Shown here: piece by piece, positions 30,478 to 41,609 of the stretch
Numbering within the stretch: the stretch's first letter is position 1
How the letters are laid out: each line of letters begins with the position of its first letter
Origin: Gammaproteobacteria bacterium
Lineage (GTDB): Bacteria > Pseudomonadota > Gammaproteobacteria > Eutrophobiales > Eutrophobiaceae
Length of the DNA: 64,000 nt
Direction of reading: 5' to 3'
NCBI GenBank assembly: GCA_965243205.1
Contig: CBDEUK010000001.1
Coordinates: 96,001-160,000, forward strand
Program-made: the position numbers and the translations under genes
The notes under the pieces: generated by a model
Told to the model about the DNA's origin: nothing
The model's input: the letters and a program-made list of their open reading frames with translations, nothing else
The model's database searches: none

Positions 30478-33400
30478 ATGGGAAGGATGAAGTTCGCTTT
30501 ATTAAATTTCACATCGAAGAACGATAGTAATAATTTCTGTAATTTGTATTGCCGTAAGATCTTACAATGTATTTGTTGTTTTATATTTCTTATAGCACCT
30601 ATCAAGTCAATCGCTGACACACTAAACGTTCCATCAGAGTACTCAACCATTCAAGGTGCCATTGATGCTGCTAATGATGGGGATACTGTGTTGGTTGCAC
30701 CAGGGACGTATTTTGAAAATATCAACATGGATGACTTTGTTAACAAGAATATTATTCTTGAGTCATCTAATGGACCAGAAGTTACCATTATTGATGGTGG
30801 TAGTGATGGCACTACTATAACTGGGCCTGTAATCAGTATCACAACTTCTCTACCAGAAAATAGTTCTCCAATTTCCTCTTCAACTATCATCAAGGGGTTT
30901 ACTATACAAAATGGTCGAAATAATGTTAGAGGTCCTGGAGGAATTCATATAGTAGCTACTTCGCCGACCATTGAAAATAACATCATAAAGATTAATAACT
31001 CAGCGATTGAAATTCGAGCTAGTTCTTCTTTAATTAAAGATAATATTATTGAAAATAATACGGCCTGCTGTGGAAGCGGTTTATCAAGCGCCCTTTTGGT
31101 ACATTATTATGCCGATTCTAATTTTTCTTTTTCTCCTAGAATAGAAGGAAATATATTCAAAAATAATAATGCCACAGCTATTAAAATTCTCGGTCAGATA
31201 AACGGAAACCCTGAGCTTTTCCCCAATGCAATAATAAATATATCTGATAATGAATTTATTGAAAATACTTCGAATAATTGTGGAGCCATATATTCTTTAA
31301 GTAATAGTAATTTAAATATCATTCAAAATATTTTTGTCAGTAATGCAGCTATCCATAAAAGTGGTGGGGTATGTATTGAAAATAATTCTGGCACTATTTC
31401 AATAGAAAATAATACTTTTTTTAAAAACAAGGTTAATCTTAGCAATGGGAATTTCCCACCTTCTACTAACAAAGGCTCTGATCTTTACTTAAATACACGA
31501 ATAACAAATCAAGGGCCAATTAATTTAACTATTCAAAACAATAATTCTTTTTCTGAATATACGGAAACCTCAATTTATTGTGACGGAACTGATCAACCTA
31601 GTTTTAATAACAATAATTTTTATAATTCTAATGGAGATGTTTTCGGAGGCGTTTGTTCTATTAACTCAATCTCAAACGATAATATTTCAGAAGATCCATT
31701 ATATATAGATCCAGAAAATAACAACTTTAGGCTTACTATAAATTCTCCTTCAATTGATACAGGAAACAATAACGCCCCGAATTTAACCACTAATGATATT
31801 ACTGGTGTTACTAGAATCTTAGATGGGAATAACGATAACGTTGATGTAGTTGATATTGGCGCATTTGAATATAATCCAAATGGCATCATGGAGTTCTCTT
31901 CAAATTCACTCACATTTCAAGAAAACTCAAACACTGCCTCCATTGATGTATGTCGAATAGGCGGAACTATCGGAAATGTATCTGCAGATTATCTAACTTC
32001 TGATGGCACTGGTATTAATGGTGTAAATTATACTTCAGTATCAGGTACAGTAAGTTTTACAAATGGTGAAAGCGGTTGTAAGACTATTCAAATTCCACTG
32101 CTAGATAATAACCTTATTAACCCCGATTTTAATTTTTCTTTTAACTTAACCAATCCTGTTGGTGGTACTTCGTTATCTAATCAATCCCAAACTCAAGTAA
32201 CCATTAATGATAACGAATCATTTTTAAATCTATCGTCTGCAACCAATAAAGACCGCTATCTACCTGGTGAAAATGTTACTTTAACTCTAACAGTCTCAAA
32301 TAACTCTACAGCCTCTAACGCTACCACAGCACAAAATGTAGTTCTTACGAATACTCTACCTTCAGAATTAACATTTTCTTCTGTTCAAACAACACAAGGA
32401 AGTTGTTCAGGTTCTCAAACACTTGTTTGTAATCTCGGAAGTATTGGAGTTGGTAACTCTGTAACTTTGACTCTAGTAGCAATAGGAACTTCGGAGCTAG
32501 GTTCATTCACCGATACCATTTCTATTACAGCTGATCCAATAAACCAAGCAACAACTTTGTTATCAGAATCACAAACCATAACAATTGGCTTACCAACTGC
32601 TCAAGAATATTTTCCAATAGTTCCTTTAACGACATACACCTATGTTGAAGAAGGCACTCCTCCACTGATTGAGACTGATATTGTACTACTTGATAAGGCA
32701 AATATTAATGGTGTTGAAACAAATATTATTAAGGACGAAGATGGAGATACCACTTATTTTACAATTGATGATGATGGATATAAGGTTTACCGATATGACT
32801 ATGCAGATGGTGATTCAATAGAATTTTCACCTGCACTCACCCTCATAAATGGTCAACCAACAATCGGCGAAAATTATAATTCATCCGGTATTGCCACCTA
32901 TATTTATCCCGGCAATATAAGAGTTAATGCATCCTACAATCTCTCTTGCTCAATACCAAGAATAGAAAATGTCAGTGTATTATATGGGACATTTGATGCA
33001 TTAAGAATTGACTGTAATTTAGATATATCAGGATTTGTTTTAGGTACCTTCATTGAATCAAATGGTATATCCAGTGTTTGGATCGTTGAGGGTTTAGGGG
33101 AAGTATTAGAAATTGGGTCTGGAATAGGTAAAATTAATGGAAATATTACAGAAACATTTAATTCAAAAGAAGAACTACAATCTATAACGCCTCCACCAGA
33201 AATCACTTCGTTAAATCCAAACGTTCTAAATAGTGATACTGTTACTGTAAATTGGAATCAAAATATCAGTTTTGCTACAAACTGGGTTGTCACGGCTGGC
33301 ACTTCCAATGTCGCAGGACCTGCAGCTTATAATATCTTACTCCCGGCTCACGCTGGGCCTACAGCCACCAGTCAAACCTTATCTGGCTTACCAATCGATG

Positions 33401-35679
33401 GCAGTTCGTTTTACATTAATCTCTATGCACTAATTAATGGAAACTGGAGTATCGTAAGTTCCATCAGTGTCAATGCTTTTGATGCTCCATCACCAGAAAT
33501 CACTACACCAGATCCCGGTACTCTTGGTAGTGGCTCAGTGACTGTGAACTGGAATGCCAATGGCAATACCCCTGACAACTGGGTCGTTACCGCCGGTACT
33601 TCCAATGTCGCAGGACCATCAGCTTATAACTTATTACTTCCAGAACACGCAGGACCATCAGCCACCAGTCAAACCTTATCTGGCTTACCAGTCGATGGCA
33701 GTTCGTTTTATATCAACCTTTATGCATTAGAGAATGGAGTGTGGAGTATTGTTGACTCGACTTCCGTCACTGCCTTCACGGCTCCGCAACCGGCCATTAC
33801 CTCTCCTACCGGTAGCAGTACTCTGACCAGCGGTTCAGTGACCGTGAACTGGAATCCGAATGGCAATACCCCCGACAACTGGGTCGTTACCGCAGGCACC
33901 TCTAATGTCGCAGGCACCGCTGCCTATAACATCGCGTTACCAACTGTCTTAGATACCAGTGCGACCAGTCAGACTCTGACCGGTCTGCCGATCGATGGCT
34001 CTGGTTTTTACATTAACTTATATGCCTTTGAGAATGGGGCATGGTCAATCAAAGATTCGATTTCAGTCACCGCTTTCACGGCTCCGCAACCGGCCATTAC
34101 CTCACCCACCGGTGGCAGTACTCTGACCAGCGGTTCAGTGACCGTGAACTGGAATGCCAATGGCAATACCCCCGACAATTGGGTCGTTACCGCAGGCACC
34201 TCTAATGTTGCAGGACCTGCAGCTTATAACATTCTTTTACCTTCGGTGGTTGGTACCAGTGCCACCAGTCAGACTTTAACTGGTCTGCCGATCGATGGCT
34301 CTGGCTTTTACATTAACTTATACGCCTTTGAGAATGGGGCATGGTCAATCAAAGATTCGATTTCCGTCACCGCTTTCACGGCTCCGCAACCGGCCATTAC
34401 CTCACCGACCGGTGGCAGCACTCTGGCCAGTAGCTCGGTCACAGTGAACTGGAATGCCAATGGCAATACCCCCGACAATTGGGTCGTTACCGCAGGCACC
34501 TCTAATGTTGCAGGCACCGCCGCCTATAACATCGCGTTACCAACTGTCTTAGATACCAGTGCGACCAGTCAGACTCTGACCGGTCTGCCGATCGATGGCT
34601 CTGGCTTTTACATTAACTTATACGCCTTTGAGAATGGGGCATGGTCAATCAAAGATTCGACTTCAGTCACTGCCTTCACGGCTCCCCAACCGGCCATTAC
34701 CTCACCGACCGGTGGCAGTACTCTGACCAGCGGTTCAGTGACCGTGAACTGGAATCCGAATGGCAATACCCCCGACAACTGGGTCGTTACCGCAGGCACC
34801 TCTAATGTTGCAGGCACCGCTGCCTATAACATCGCGTTACCAACTGTCTTAGATACTAGTGCGACCAGTCAGACTCTGACCGGTCTGCCGATCGATGGCT
34901 CTGGCTTTTACATTAACTTATACGCCTTTGAGAATGGGGCATGGTCAATCAAAGATTCGATTTCAGTCACCGCTTTCACGGCTCCGCAACCGGCCATTAC
35001 CTCACCCACCGGTGGCAGTACTCTGACCAGCGGTTCAGTGACCGTGAACTGGAATGCCAATGGCAATACCCCAGAGAACTGGGTCGTAACCGCTGGCACG
35101 TCCAATGTCGCAGGACCATCAGCTTATAACTTATTACTCCCGGCTCATGCGGGGCCAGCAGCCACCAGCCAAACCTTATCTGGCTTACCTACCGATGGCA
35201 GGTCGTTCTATATCAATCTATATGCATTAGAGAACGGGGCGTGGAGTATTGTTGACTCGATTTCAATCACCGCTCCAGCATGGATCTCAGGCACGTTCAA
35301 TGTTTCTGGATCTTTTTCATACTCTGGCTGCTCTAATCCATCATTGAATGTAACCCGATCATTCACAGGTACTTATAGCTCAAATGCTCAAGATGGTAAT
35401 TCTTATAGTGGTTACTTATCTTTAACCACACTCAATGGCTTCAACCTGGCGGCTCAAGGCTTAGCCGTTAACTCATCATTCTCGGGAACTCACAGTCAAA
35501 CGAATGCATCGGGCAGTTACACCTTAGATGCTTATGGGCAAGGAGCTTTACAATCGAGAAATCAAGGAAACTTCAGTGGCAATTTATCTGGCAACTCTAT
35601 TTCTGTCAGTGGCTCTGGAAATGATGTCTTTGGCGAAACCTGCTCTATTAACTATAACTTCTCTGGACCTAGACAGTAG
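30478..35679 (+). CDS. Large secreted/surface protein B, paralogue of 24867-30281, with 7 repeats
   Basis: IKSIA|DTLNVPSEYSTIQGAID; same domain order as protein A; near-identical C-terminal domain ending FSGPRQ. Confidence 0.75.
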   Translation: MGRMKFALLNFTSKNDSNNFCNLYCRKILQCICCFIFLIAPIKSIADTLNVPSEYSTIQGAIDAANDGDTVLVAPGTYFENINMDDFVNKNIILESSNGPEVTIIDGGSDGTTITGPVISITTSLPENSSPISSSTIIKGFTIQNGRNNVRGPGGIHIVATSPTIENNIIKINNSAIEIRASSSLIKDNIIENNTACCGSGLSSALLVHYYADSNFSFSPRIEGNIFKNNNATAIKILGQINGNPELFPNAIINISDNEFIENTSNNCGAIYSLSNSNLNIIQNIFVSNAAIHKSGGVCIENNSGTISIENNTFFKNKVNLSNGNFPPSTNKGSDLYLNTRITNQGPINLTIQNNNSFSEYTETSIYCDGTDQPSFNNNNFYNSNGDVFGGVCSINSISNDNISEDPLYIDPENNNFRLTINSPSIDTGNNNAPNLTTNDITGVTRILDGNNDNVDVVDIGAFEYNPNGIMEFSSNSLTFQENSNTASIDVCRIGGTIGNVSADYLTSDGTGINGVNYTSVSGTVSFTNGESGCKTIQIPLLDNNLINPDFNFSFNLTNPVGGTSLSNQSQTQVTINDNESFLNLSSATNKDRYLPGENVTLTLTVSNNSTASNATTAQNVVLTNTLPSELTFSSVQTTQGSCSGSQTLVCNLGSIGVGNSVTLTLVAIGTSELGSFTDTISITADPINQATTLLSESQTITIGLPTAQEYFPIVPLTTYTYVEEGTPPLIETDIVLLDKANINGVETNIIKDEDGDTTYFTIDDDGYKVYRYDYADGDSIEFSPALTLINGQPTIGENYNSSGIATYIYPGNIRVNASYNLSCSIPRIENVSVLYGTFDALRIDCNLDISGFVLGTFIESNGISSVWIVEGLGEVLEIGSGIGKINGNITETFNSKEELQSITPPPEITSLNPNVLNSDTVTVNWNQNISFATNWVVTAGTSNVAGPAAYNILLPAHAGPTATSQTLSGLPIDGSSFYINLYALINGNWSIVSSISVNAFDAPSPEITTPDPGTLGSGSVTVNWNANGNTPDNWVVTAGTSNVAGPSAYNLLLPEHAGPSATSQTLSGLPVDGSSFYINLYALENGVWSIVDSTSVTAFTAPQPAITSPTGSSTLTSGSVTVNWNPNGNTPDNWVVTAGTSNVAGTAAYNIALPTVLDTSATSQTLTGLPIDGSGFYINLYAFENGAWSIKDSISVTAFTAPQPAITSPTGGSTLTSGSVTVNWNANGNTPDNWVVTAGTSNVAGPAAYNILLPSVVGTSATSQTLTGLPIDGSGFYINLYAFENGAWSIKDSISVTAFTAPQPAITSPTGGSTLASSSVTVNWNANGNTPDNWVVTAGTSNVAGTAAYNIALPTVLDTSATSQTLTGLPIDGSGFYINLYAFENGAWSIKDSTSVTAFTAPQPAITSPTGGSTLTSGSVTVNWNPNGNTPDNWVVTAGTSNVAGTAAYNIALPTVLDTSATSQTLTGLPIDGSGFYINLYAFENGAWSIKDSISVTAFTAPQPAITSPTGGSTLTSGSVTVNWNANGNTPENWVVTAGTSNVAGPSAYNLLLPAHAGPAATSQTLSGLPTDGRSFYINLYALENGAWSIVDSISITAPAWISGTFNVSGSFSYSGCSNPSLNVTRSFTGTYSSNAQDGNSYSGYLSLTTLNGFNLAAQGLAVNSSFSGTHSQTNASGSYTLDAYGQGALQSRNQGNFSGNLSGNSISVSGSGNDVFGETCSINYNFSGPRQ
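33196..35280 (+). repeat. Seven intragenic tandem repeats of ~294-300 bp
   Basis: Repeated units such as gctccgcaaccggccattacctc at 33781, 34081, 34381 and 34981 (one-base variant at 34681), at exact 300-bp spacing. Confidence 0.92.
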
Positions 35680-35796
35680 TTCGAGAACTATATTCGGTAT
35701 GAAATTTCATCATTTACATGGATGAATTTTAATTACTTAAAATGACAGCAAGATGAAATTTTTTGTTACGTGAAAGGTAAAAGCCATTGATTGAAA

Positions 35797-35872
35797 TGGC
35801 GTCCCCAAGGGGATTCGAACCCCTGTTGCCGCCGTGAAAGGGCAGTGTCCTAGGCCTCTAGACGATGGGGAC
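35797..35872 (-). tRNA. tRNA-Glu (TTC)
   Basis: Reverse complement GTCCCCATCGTCTAGAGGCCTAGGACACTGCCCTTTCACGGCGGCAACAGGGGTTCGAATCCCCTTGGGGACGCCA; 76 nt with encoded CCA. Confidence 0.96.
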
Positions 35873-35904
35873 AATATAAGAATTGCCGTTTTTTCTGCAG
35901 TATT

Positions 35905-35980
35905 TGGTGGAGCCAGGCGGGATCGAACCGCCGACCTCTACACTGCCAGTGTAGCGCTCTCCCAGCTGAGCTATGGCCCC
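35905..35980 (-). tRNA. tRNA-Ala (GGC)
   Basis: Reverse complement GGGGCCATAGCTCAGCTGGGAGAGCGCTACACTGGCAGTGTAGAGGTCGGCGGTTCGATCCCGCCTGGCTCCACCA; G3:U70 pair. Confidence 0.96.
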
Positions 35981-36049
35981 AAACCGATCAACGGCTACGG
36001 AATCAAGCTCTCCAACCAAGCCAATTGTTAATTGACCCTGTAGCAGAAA

Positions 36050-36085
36050 GCGGTGCAATGTACGTGACAGCAGGCTTGCTGTCAA
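36050..36085 (-). promoter_or_regulatory. Sigma70 promoter of the tRNA-Ala/Glu operon with GC-rich discriminator
   Basis: Minus strand TTGACA (36085-36080), 17 bp spacer, TACATT (36062-36057), then GCACCGC. Confidence 0.7.
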
Positions 36086-36086
36086 G

Positions 36087-37487
36087 CTATGCCGCAGCCC
36101 TTTTTTTAATAAATTCCAATGCCTTATCCAACCTCTGTAACGTCCTGTCTTTACCAATAAATTCCAAGGTAATATCAATGCTTGGAGACATGCCCGTACC
36201 CGTTACAGCGACGCGCAAAGGCTGACCAACCTTGCCCATTCCTAAGTCAAATTCATCGGCAGTGCTTTGAATTGCTTGATGGATTTTTTCAGATAGCCAG
36301 TCATCCATTCCTCGTAAGGTTTGCTGTAATTTTTCCAATGGTTCAAGTACCACTGGTCGTAGGTGTTTCTTGGCCGCATTGGCATCAAATTCATCAAAGT
36401 CCTGATAGAAACAACGGCTCTGTTCAACAAAATCATTTAATGTTTTACAACGTTCTTTCAATACATCGACAAGCAAGCTTAATTCAGGCCCGTTAGAAAG
36501 ATCATAATTAAATAAAGGTTTAACTAAATTTGTTAAATCTTCATTATCATAACTATTGATGTATTGTTGATTGAGCCATATCAATTTATCCGGGTTGATC
36601 GCAGCCGCTGATTTATTTACGTCTTTCAGATCAAATAATTTAATCATCTCATCAATAGAAAAGATTTCCTGATCACCATGTGACCAGCCCAAGCGGACTA
36701 AATAGTTTAATAACGCTTCAGGTAAAATACCTTCATCTCGATATTGCAATACACTTGCTGCGCCATCTCGCTTCGAAAGTTTCTTTCCGTCAGGCCCGAG
36801 TATCATTGGAACATGTGCATAGTTGGGAATATCTGCACTAAGCGCAGAAAGGATATTCATTTGTCGAGGCGTATTATTTAAATGATCATCGCCACGAATA
36901 ATATCAGTTACACCCATATCCATATCATCAATAGCTACAGTCAAATTATATGTTGGAGTACCATCGGAACGAGCAATGATTAAATCATCCAATTCAGAAT
37001 TGTTAAATACGACCTCTCCTTGAATTAGATCATTTACAACCACTTCACCATCTAATGGATTTTTAAAACGGATGACAGGGTCAATACCTTCAGGTGGTGT
37101 TTCATTATTATCTCGCCAATAACCGTTGTAGCGAGGTTTTTCACCTTTTGCCATGGCCGCTTCGCGCATAGCATCAACTTCTTCCTTAGTACAGTAACAG
37201 TAATAAGCATTTCCTTGCTCTAATAATTGTTGAATGATTTCTTTATATCTATCGAAACGAGCGGTTTGAAAAATAGGTTCGTTATCTGCTGTTAAACCTA
37301 ACCATTGCATACCTTGCAAGATAACATCCACGGCTTCATCCGTTGAACGTTCGCGGTCAGTATCCTCAATGCGTAAAATAAATTCGCCTTTATTTTTTTT
37401 TGCGATTAACCAAGAAAATAAAGCTGTACGAATACCGCCAATGTGCAGCATACCTGTTGGGCTGGGAGCAAAACGAGTTTTAGTCAT
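36087..37487 (-). CDS. gltX: Glutamate--tRNA ligase
   Basis: [17 protein letters not shown] and KLSKR motifs. Confidence 0.97.
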   Translation of the reverse strand: MTKTRFAPSPTGMLHIGGIRTALFSWLIAKKNKGEFILRIEDTDRERSTDEAVDVILQGMQWLGLTADNEPIFQTARFDRYKEIIQQLLEQGNAYYCYCTKEEVDAMREAAMAKGEKPRYNGYWRDNNETPPEGIDPVIRFKNPLDGEVVVNDLIQGEVVFNNSELDDLIIARSDGTPTYNLTVAIDDMDMGVTDIIRGDDHLNNTPRQMNILSALSADIPNYAHVPMILGPDGKKLSKRDGAASVLQYRDEGILPEALLNYLVRLGWSHGDQEIFSIDEMIKLFDLKDVNKSAAAINPDKLIWLNQQYINSYDNEDLTNLVKPLFNYDLSNGPELSLLVDVLKERCKTLNDFVEQSRCFYQDFDEFDANAAKKHLRPVVLEPLEKLQQTLRGMDDWLSEKIHQAIQSTADEFDLGMGKVGQPLRVAVTGTGMSPSIDITLEFIGKDRTLQRLDKALEFIKKRAAA

Positions 37488-37501
37488 TATAAAATTCTTC
37501 T

Positions 37502-38146
37502 TTATAGGTCAGGGAAAACCCAAGGTGTTATACACTTCTGACGCTGCTCATAGGCTTTTATATCATCAGCGTATTGGAGAGTAATACCAATATCATCTAA
37601 ACCTTTTAATAAACGGTTTTTTGATTCTGCGTTCACATCAAACGAAAAAACTTTATCACTTGGTTTTGTAATGGTTTGTTGTTCTAAATCAATAGCTAAC
37701 TTATAACCTTCGACTGTTTTAACATCATTAAATAACTCATCTACTACCGCTTCAGGCTGCGTGATCAATAACAAACCATTTTTAAACGCATTACTAAAAA
37801 ATATATCCGCAAAGCTTGTTCCGATAATACATTTAATACCAAAATCTTCTAACGCCCAAACTGCATGTTCACGAGAAGAACCGCAACCAAAATTTTCACG
37901 CGTTAATAAAATTTCTGTTCCTGAATAACGTGCTTGATTCAAAATAAAATCTGAATTTAAACGACGATGCGATTGATCACTATCGGGTAAACCTGGATCA
38001 AGATAACGATCTTCATCAAATAAATTAGGGCCAAAACCTGAACGCTTGATCGATTTTAAGTATTGTTTTGGAATGATCGCATCAGTATCAACATTAGGCC
38101 GATCAATCGGGGCTACTAAGCCAGTAAAATTGGTAAACGCTTTCAT
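37502..38146 (-). CDS. leuD: 3-isopropylmalate dehydratase small subunit
   Basis: [13 protein letters not shown] and [11 protein letters not shown] motifs; start reset to MKAF at 38146, just after the leuC stop. Confidence 0.95.
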   Translation of the reverse strand: MKAFTNFTGLVAPIDRPNVDTDAIIPKQYLKSIKRSGFGPNLFDEDRYLDPGLPDSDQSHRRLNSDFILNQARYSGTEILLTRENFGCGSSREHAVWALEDFGIKCIIGTSFADIFFSNAFKNGLLLITQPEAVVDELFNDVKTVEGYKLAIDLEQQTITKPSDKVFSFDVNAESKNRLLKGLDDIGITLQYADDIKAYEQRQKCITPWVFPDL

Positions 38147-38147
38147 T

Positions 38148-39542
38148 TTATAATTCTCTAATATCAACAAAGTGGCCAGCAATTGCAGCACCTGCCGCCA
38201 TAGCAGGGCTAACTAAATGAGTACGACCACCTAAACCTTGTCGGCCTTCAAAATTACGATTGGATGTAGATGCACAACGTTCTCCTGGTTCAAGTTGATC
38301 AGGATTCATACCTAAACACATAGAACAACCAGGCTCACGCCATTCAAAACCTGCCGCGGTAAAAATTTCATCCAAGCCTTCTTCTTCGGCTTGTTGTTTT
38401 ACTAAACCCGAACCAGGTACCACCATAGCCAATTTCACATTCGACGCTACAGAATGACCTTTTGCTATCTCAGCTGCTTCGCGTAAATCTTCAATTCGTG
38501 AGTTTGTGCATGAACCGATAAATACTTTATCGATAGGAATTTCATTGATTGCGGTACCTGCTGTTAAATCCATGTAGTTTAAAGCACGTTGAATACCTTC
38601 TTGTTTTACATCATCTGATTCTGACTGCGGGTTAGGTACGACATCATTAATCGTTGCGACCTGTTCCGGAGATGTACCCCAAGTAACATGCGGTAAAATT
38701 TGGCTACCATCAATATTCACTTCTTTATCAAACTGCGCATTATTATCACTTACAAATTGCTGCCAATACTTAACCGCCTGTTCCCATTCATCACCTTTTG
38801 GCGTGAATGGTCTACCTTTAACGTATTCAATGGTTTTATCATCGACTGCAACCATGCCTGCGCGTGCGCCAGCTTCGATAGCCATGTTACATACCGTCAT
38901 ACGACCTTCAATAGATAAATCACGAATCGCTTCGCCTGCAAACTCAATAGAGTAACCTGTGCCTCCAGCTGTACCAATCTCACCAATGATGGCTAAGACG
39001 ATATCTTTTGCGGAAATCCCTTTGCCAACTTTACCATTCACATTCACACGCATGTTCTTAGCTTTACGCAATACTAAGGTTTGTGTAGCAAGTGTGTGTT
39101 CGACTTCTGATGTGCCGATACCAAATGCTAATGCACCAAGCGCACCATTGGTTGAAGTATGTGAATCACCACAGACAATCGTCATCCCAGGTAAACACGC
39201 GCCTTGCTCAGGACCAATCACATGGACAATACCTTGTCTTGGATCAGTCATTTCAAATTTTGTAATACCGGTTTCTTTACAATTTTTATCTAGAGTTTCT
39301 AACTGCAATTTAGAAACAGGATCGCTAATGTTTTCACGGTCAACTGTAGGTACATTATGATCAGGTACTGCAAGACCTGCAGCAATGCGCCAAGGTTTAC
39401 GATTTGCCAGCTTTAAACCTTCAAAGGCTTGTGGTGATGTCACTTCATGAATTAAGTGACGATCAATATAGATCAATGCACTACCATCACCAAAATCTTT
39501 AACGGTGTGAGCATCCCATAATTTATCGTATAAAGTTTTCAC
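38148..39542 (-). CDS. leuC: 3-isopropylmalate dehydratase large subunit
   Basis: [28 protein letters not shown] and [12 protein letters not shown] motifs. Confidence 0.97.
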   Translation of the reverse strand: MKTLYDKLWDAHTVKDFGDGSALIYIDRHLIHEVTSPQAFEGLKLANRKPWRIAAGLAVPDHNVPTVDRENISDPVSKLQLETLDKNCKETGITKFEMTDPRQGIVHVIGPEQGACLPGMTIVCGDSHTSTNGALGALAFGIGTSEVEHTLATQTLVLRKAKNMRVNVNGKVGKGISAKDIVLAIIGEIGTAGGTGYSIEFAGEAIRDLSIEGRMTVCNMAIEAGARAGMVAVDDKTIEYVKGRPFTPKGDEWEQAVKYWQQFVSDNNAQFDKEVNIDGSQILPHVTWGTSPEQVATINDVVPNPQSESDDVKQEGIQRALNYMDLTAGTAINEIPIDKVFIGSCTNSRIEDLREAAEIAKGHSVASNVKLAMVVPGSGLVKQQAEEEGLDEIFTAAGFEWREPGCSMCLGMNPDQLEPGERCASTSNRNFEGRQGLGGRTHLVSPAMAAGAAIAGHFVDIREL

Positions 39543-39575
39543 TACGTCTTTCTCTTTTCTTTCAATACTAATTTT

Positions 39576-40580
39576 TTAATCACTAATTTTTACTAAAGTT
39601 CGCCCAGTGGTTTTACCATTTAACATATCATTAAAAACATTATCTAAATCCTCTAAGCCAACAATATTGGTTATAATTTTATCCAAATGATTAGGTGCCA
39701 GATCATTTGCCAAACGTTGCCAAATTGGTTCACGCCATTCACTAGGACATCCCGAAGAAGTGATACCGAGTAAACTAATCCCTCTTAATATGAATGGCAT
39801 CACTGTGGTATTCAAATGACTACCACTTGCTAAACCAACACTGGCAATATTGCCCCAAGGCATTACCGTTCTTGTTAACCACGTTAAAATATCACCACCA
39901 ACATTATCAATCGCCCCACCCCATTGACCTTTTTCCAGAGGAGCACCTTCTTTTGGAATCTCTTGGCGACGTAAAATTTCATGTGCGCCTAATTCTTTTA
40001 AAAATTCATCTTTTTCAGGCTTACCACTGACAGCAATCACTTCATAGCCAAGCCCTGAGAGCATATCTATTGCTAAAACACCTACTCCGCCGGTTGCACC
40101 TGTCACGACGATAGGACCTTTACTGGGATGTTGTCCATTACGTTCCATACGCTGAATACACAGAGCTGCAGTAAAACCAGCAGTACCAAGTGCCATAGCG
40201 GTATACGCATTTAGACCCTTAGGTCGTGGTACTAGCCATTCGGCGGGGACTCGGGCGTATTCTGCATAACCACCATCATGCGCTGTACCAAAATCGTATC
40301 CTGTGACTAATACTTTATCTCCAGGCTTAAATCGATCACTTTGCGATTCGACCACCTTACCAGCTGCATCGATACCCGGAATACGTTTATCACCGCGAAT
40401 GATTTTTCCTTTTCCAGTAGCTGCCAAAGCATCTTTATAGTTCACACTGGAATATTTTACTTTGACCAGTACATCTCCTACTGAGAGCTCTTCTAACTCT
40501 AATTGCTGAACAGAGCTGGTATAATTATCTTTTTTAGCATTTACGCGATAAGCGCGAAATGATTCCATAGAATGCTCCAT
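39576..40580 (-). CDS. yhdH: YhdH/AcuI family NADPH quinone oxidoreductase (acryloyl-CoA reductase-like)
   Basis: SSVNYKDALA, GTAGFTA, TGATGGVG and PFILRG motifs. Confidence 0.88.
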   Translation of the reverse strand: MEHSMESFRAYRVNAKKDNYTSSVQQLELEELSVGDVLVKVKYSSVNYKDALAATGKGKIIRGDKRIPGIDAAGKVVESQSDRFKPGDKVLVTGYDFGTAHDGGYAEYARVPAEWLVPRPKGLNAYTAMALGTAGFTAALCIQRMERNGQHPSKGPIVVTGATGGVGVLAIDMLSGLGYEVIAVSGKPEKDEFLKELGAHEILRRQEIPKEGAPLEKGQWGGAIDNVGGDILTWLTRTVMPWGNIASVGLASGSHLNTTVMPFILRGISLLGITSSGCPSEWREPIWQRLANDLAPNHLDKIITNIVGLEDLDNVFNDMLNGKTTGRTLVKISD

Positions 40581-40742
40581 AGAATGTTTACATTTTTGAC
40601 ATATTTACTTTTTTAATAACGCATGAAACAATCTGGCGCCCAAACTGACTAATAACAAGAATAATTATGCTGCGCCGTAAAAAAGGGGCTCATTCTACTT
40701 GAAGAACAATAAACTTACCAAGCCGAGAGCTAGGATTTAATT

Positions 40743-41249
40743 ATGAAAAAATTATTATTATTGATAACCATTCTCTTTAACACCGTTGCTAAAGCGGATT
40801 TCAATGACGGCGTGGTTGCTTACTTAACTGGTGACTATGACACCGCTTTCAATACGATGATGTCACTGGCTGATACAACTGATAATGCAATGGCTCAATA
40901 TTGGGTAGGAGTCATGTACCTTAAAGGTCAAGGCGTTGAACAAGACTATGAACAAGCAGGAGAATGGTTGCGTCGCTCGGCCATGCAATCTGTACCGAAT
41001 GCACAATATAAACTTGCTCAATTGTATTCAGAGGGTAAAGGTGTTCCTCAAGATAGCGAGTACGCCTATATTTGGTACAGCGTGGGATCATCCCATCAAC
41101 ACACCAAATCGACTAATGCGGTAGCAGATGCAAAAGCTCAATTGTCTGAAGAACAGTTAAAAGAAGCTGAAAAAGCAATTCCTGAATTTATTGAAAAGTT
41201 TGGGCCTAAACCTGAAGAAGATCCGAATGTAATTAAATCGAAAAATTAA
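40743..41249 (+). CDS. Secreted Sel1-repeat (TPR) protein
   Basis: Signal peptide VAKA|DF; AQYWVGVMYLKGQGV and AQYKLAQLYSEGKGVP repeats. Confidence 0.88.
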   Translation: MKKLLLLITILFNTVAKADFNDGVVAYLTGDYDTAFNTMMSLADTTDNAMAQYWVGVMYLKGQGVEQDYEQAGEWLRRSAMQSVPNAQYKLAQLYSEGKGVPQDSEYAYIWYSVGSSHQHTKSTNAVADAKAQLSEEQLKEAEKAIPEFIEKFGPKPEEDPNVIKSKN

Positions 41250-41261
41250 TAAGAAAAATTT

Positions 41262-41609
41262 TTAAACGTACGTATCCAGAAACTGGCCTGACATTGAGTC
41301 GTTAGTGCCAGTTCCTCCCATTGTCTCCATCATCTGAAATAATACTGTACGCTTTTGGTAGCGTTCCATAACGTCTTCAAACTGTTGTTTATGCTGGAAA
41401 TTATTGGCTGAATTGAATACTTTATTTCGTTGATTTAACCGATTTATGTCTTCTGTAGTAGATTCTACAAATTTCGATTGCGCATGAGATCTATGGCCAG
41501 ATTCATTAAATCTAGATTGAACTCCATCATTACCTAAGTAAATTCGTGAATACGAATTAGAACTTTGGTTATTGATATAAACCGAAGACAAATTCCCCAC
41601 CATACGCAA
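41262..41609 (-). CDS. Hypothetical protein with C-terminal GQFLDTYV motif
   Basis: 115-aa ORF filling the gap; C-terminal G-x-x-L-D-x-Y-V ending. Confidence 0.55.
   Translation of the reverse strand: MRMVGNLSSVYINNQSSNSYSRIYLGNDGVQSRFNESGHRSHAQSKFVESTTEDINRLNQRNKVFNSANNFQHKQQFEDVMERYQKRTVLFQMMETMGGTGTNDSMSGQFLDTYV

Noticed and set aside
30402-30650. 82-aa minus-strand ORF between the giant genes
   Set aside because: Mostly antisense to the start of gene B, with no recognisable motif
27953-35129. Many short antisense ORFs (MPFGFQFTVTEPL...) repeated through the giant genes
   Set aside because: Shadow ORFs that arise from the repeated sense-strand codons
27504-35280. Long direct repeats as a CRISPR array or DGR template/variable repeats
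   Set aside because: Units are in-frame ~300-bp coding repeats with no spacers, and there is no cas or reverse transcriptase gene in the window
24630-35800. Genomic island integrated at the tRNA-Glu 3' end
   Set aside because: No integrase and no att duplication of the tRNA 3' end found; the cgtgaaagg match near 35770 is too short to count
35834-36225. ORFs 35834-36031, 35858-36178 and 36025-36225
   Set aside because: They overlap the two tRNAs, their promoter or gltX; spurious
40564-40586. Short duplication TCCATAGAATG at the yhdH start
   Set aside because: Only creates alternative start codons (MEHS-MES); no evidence of function
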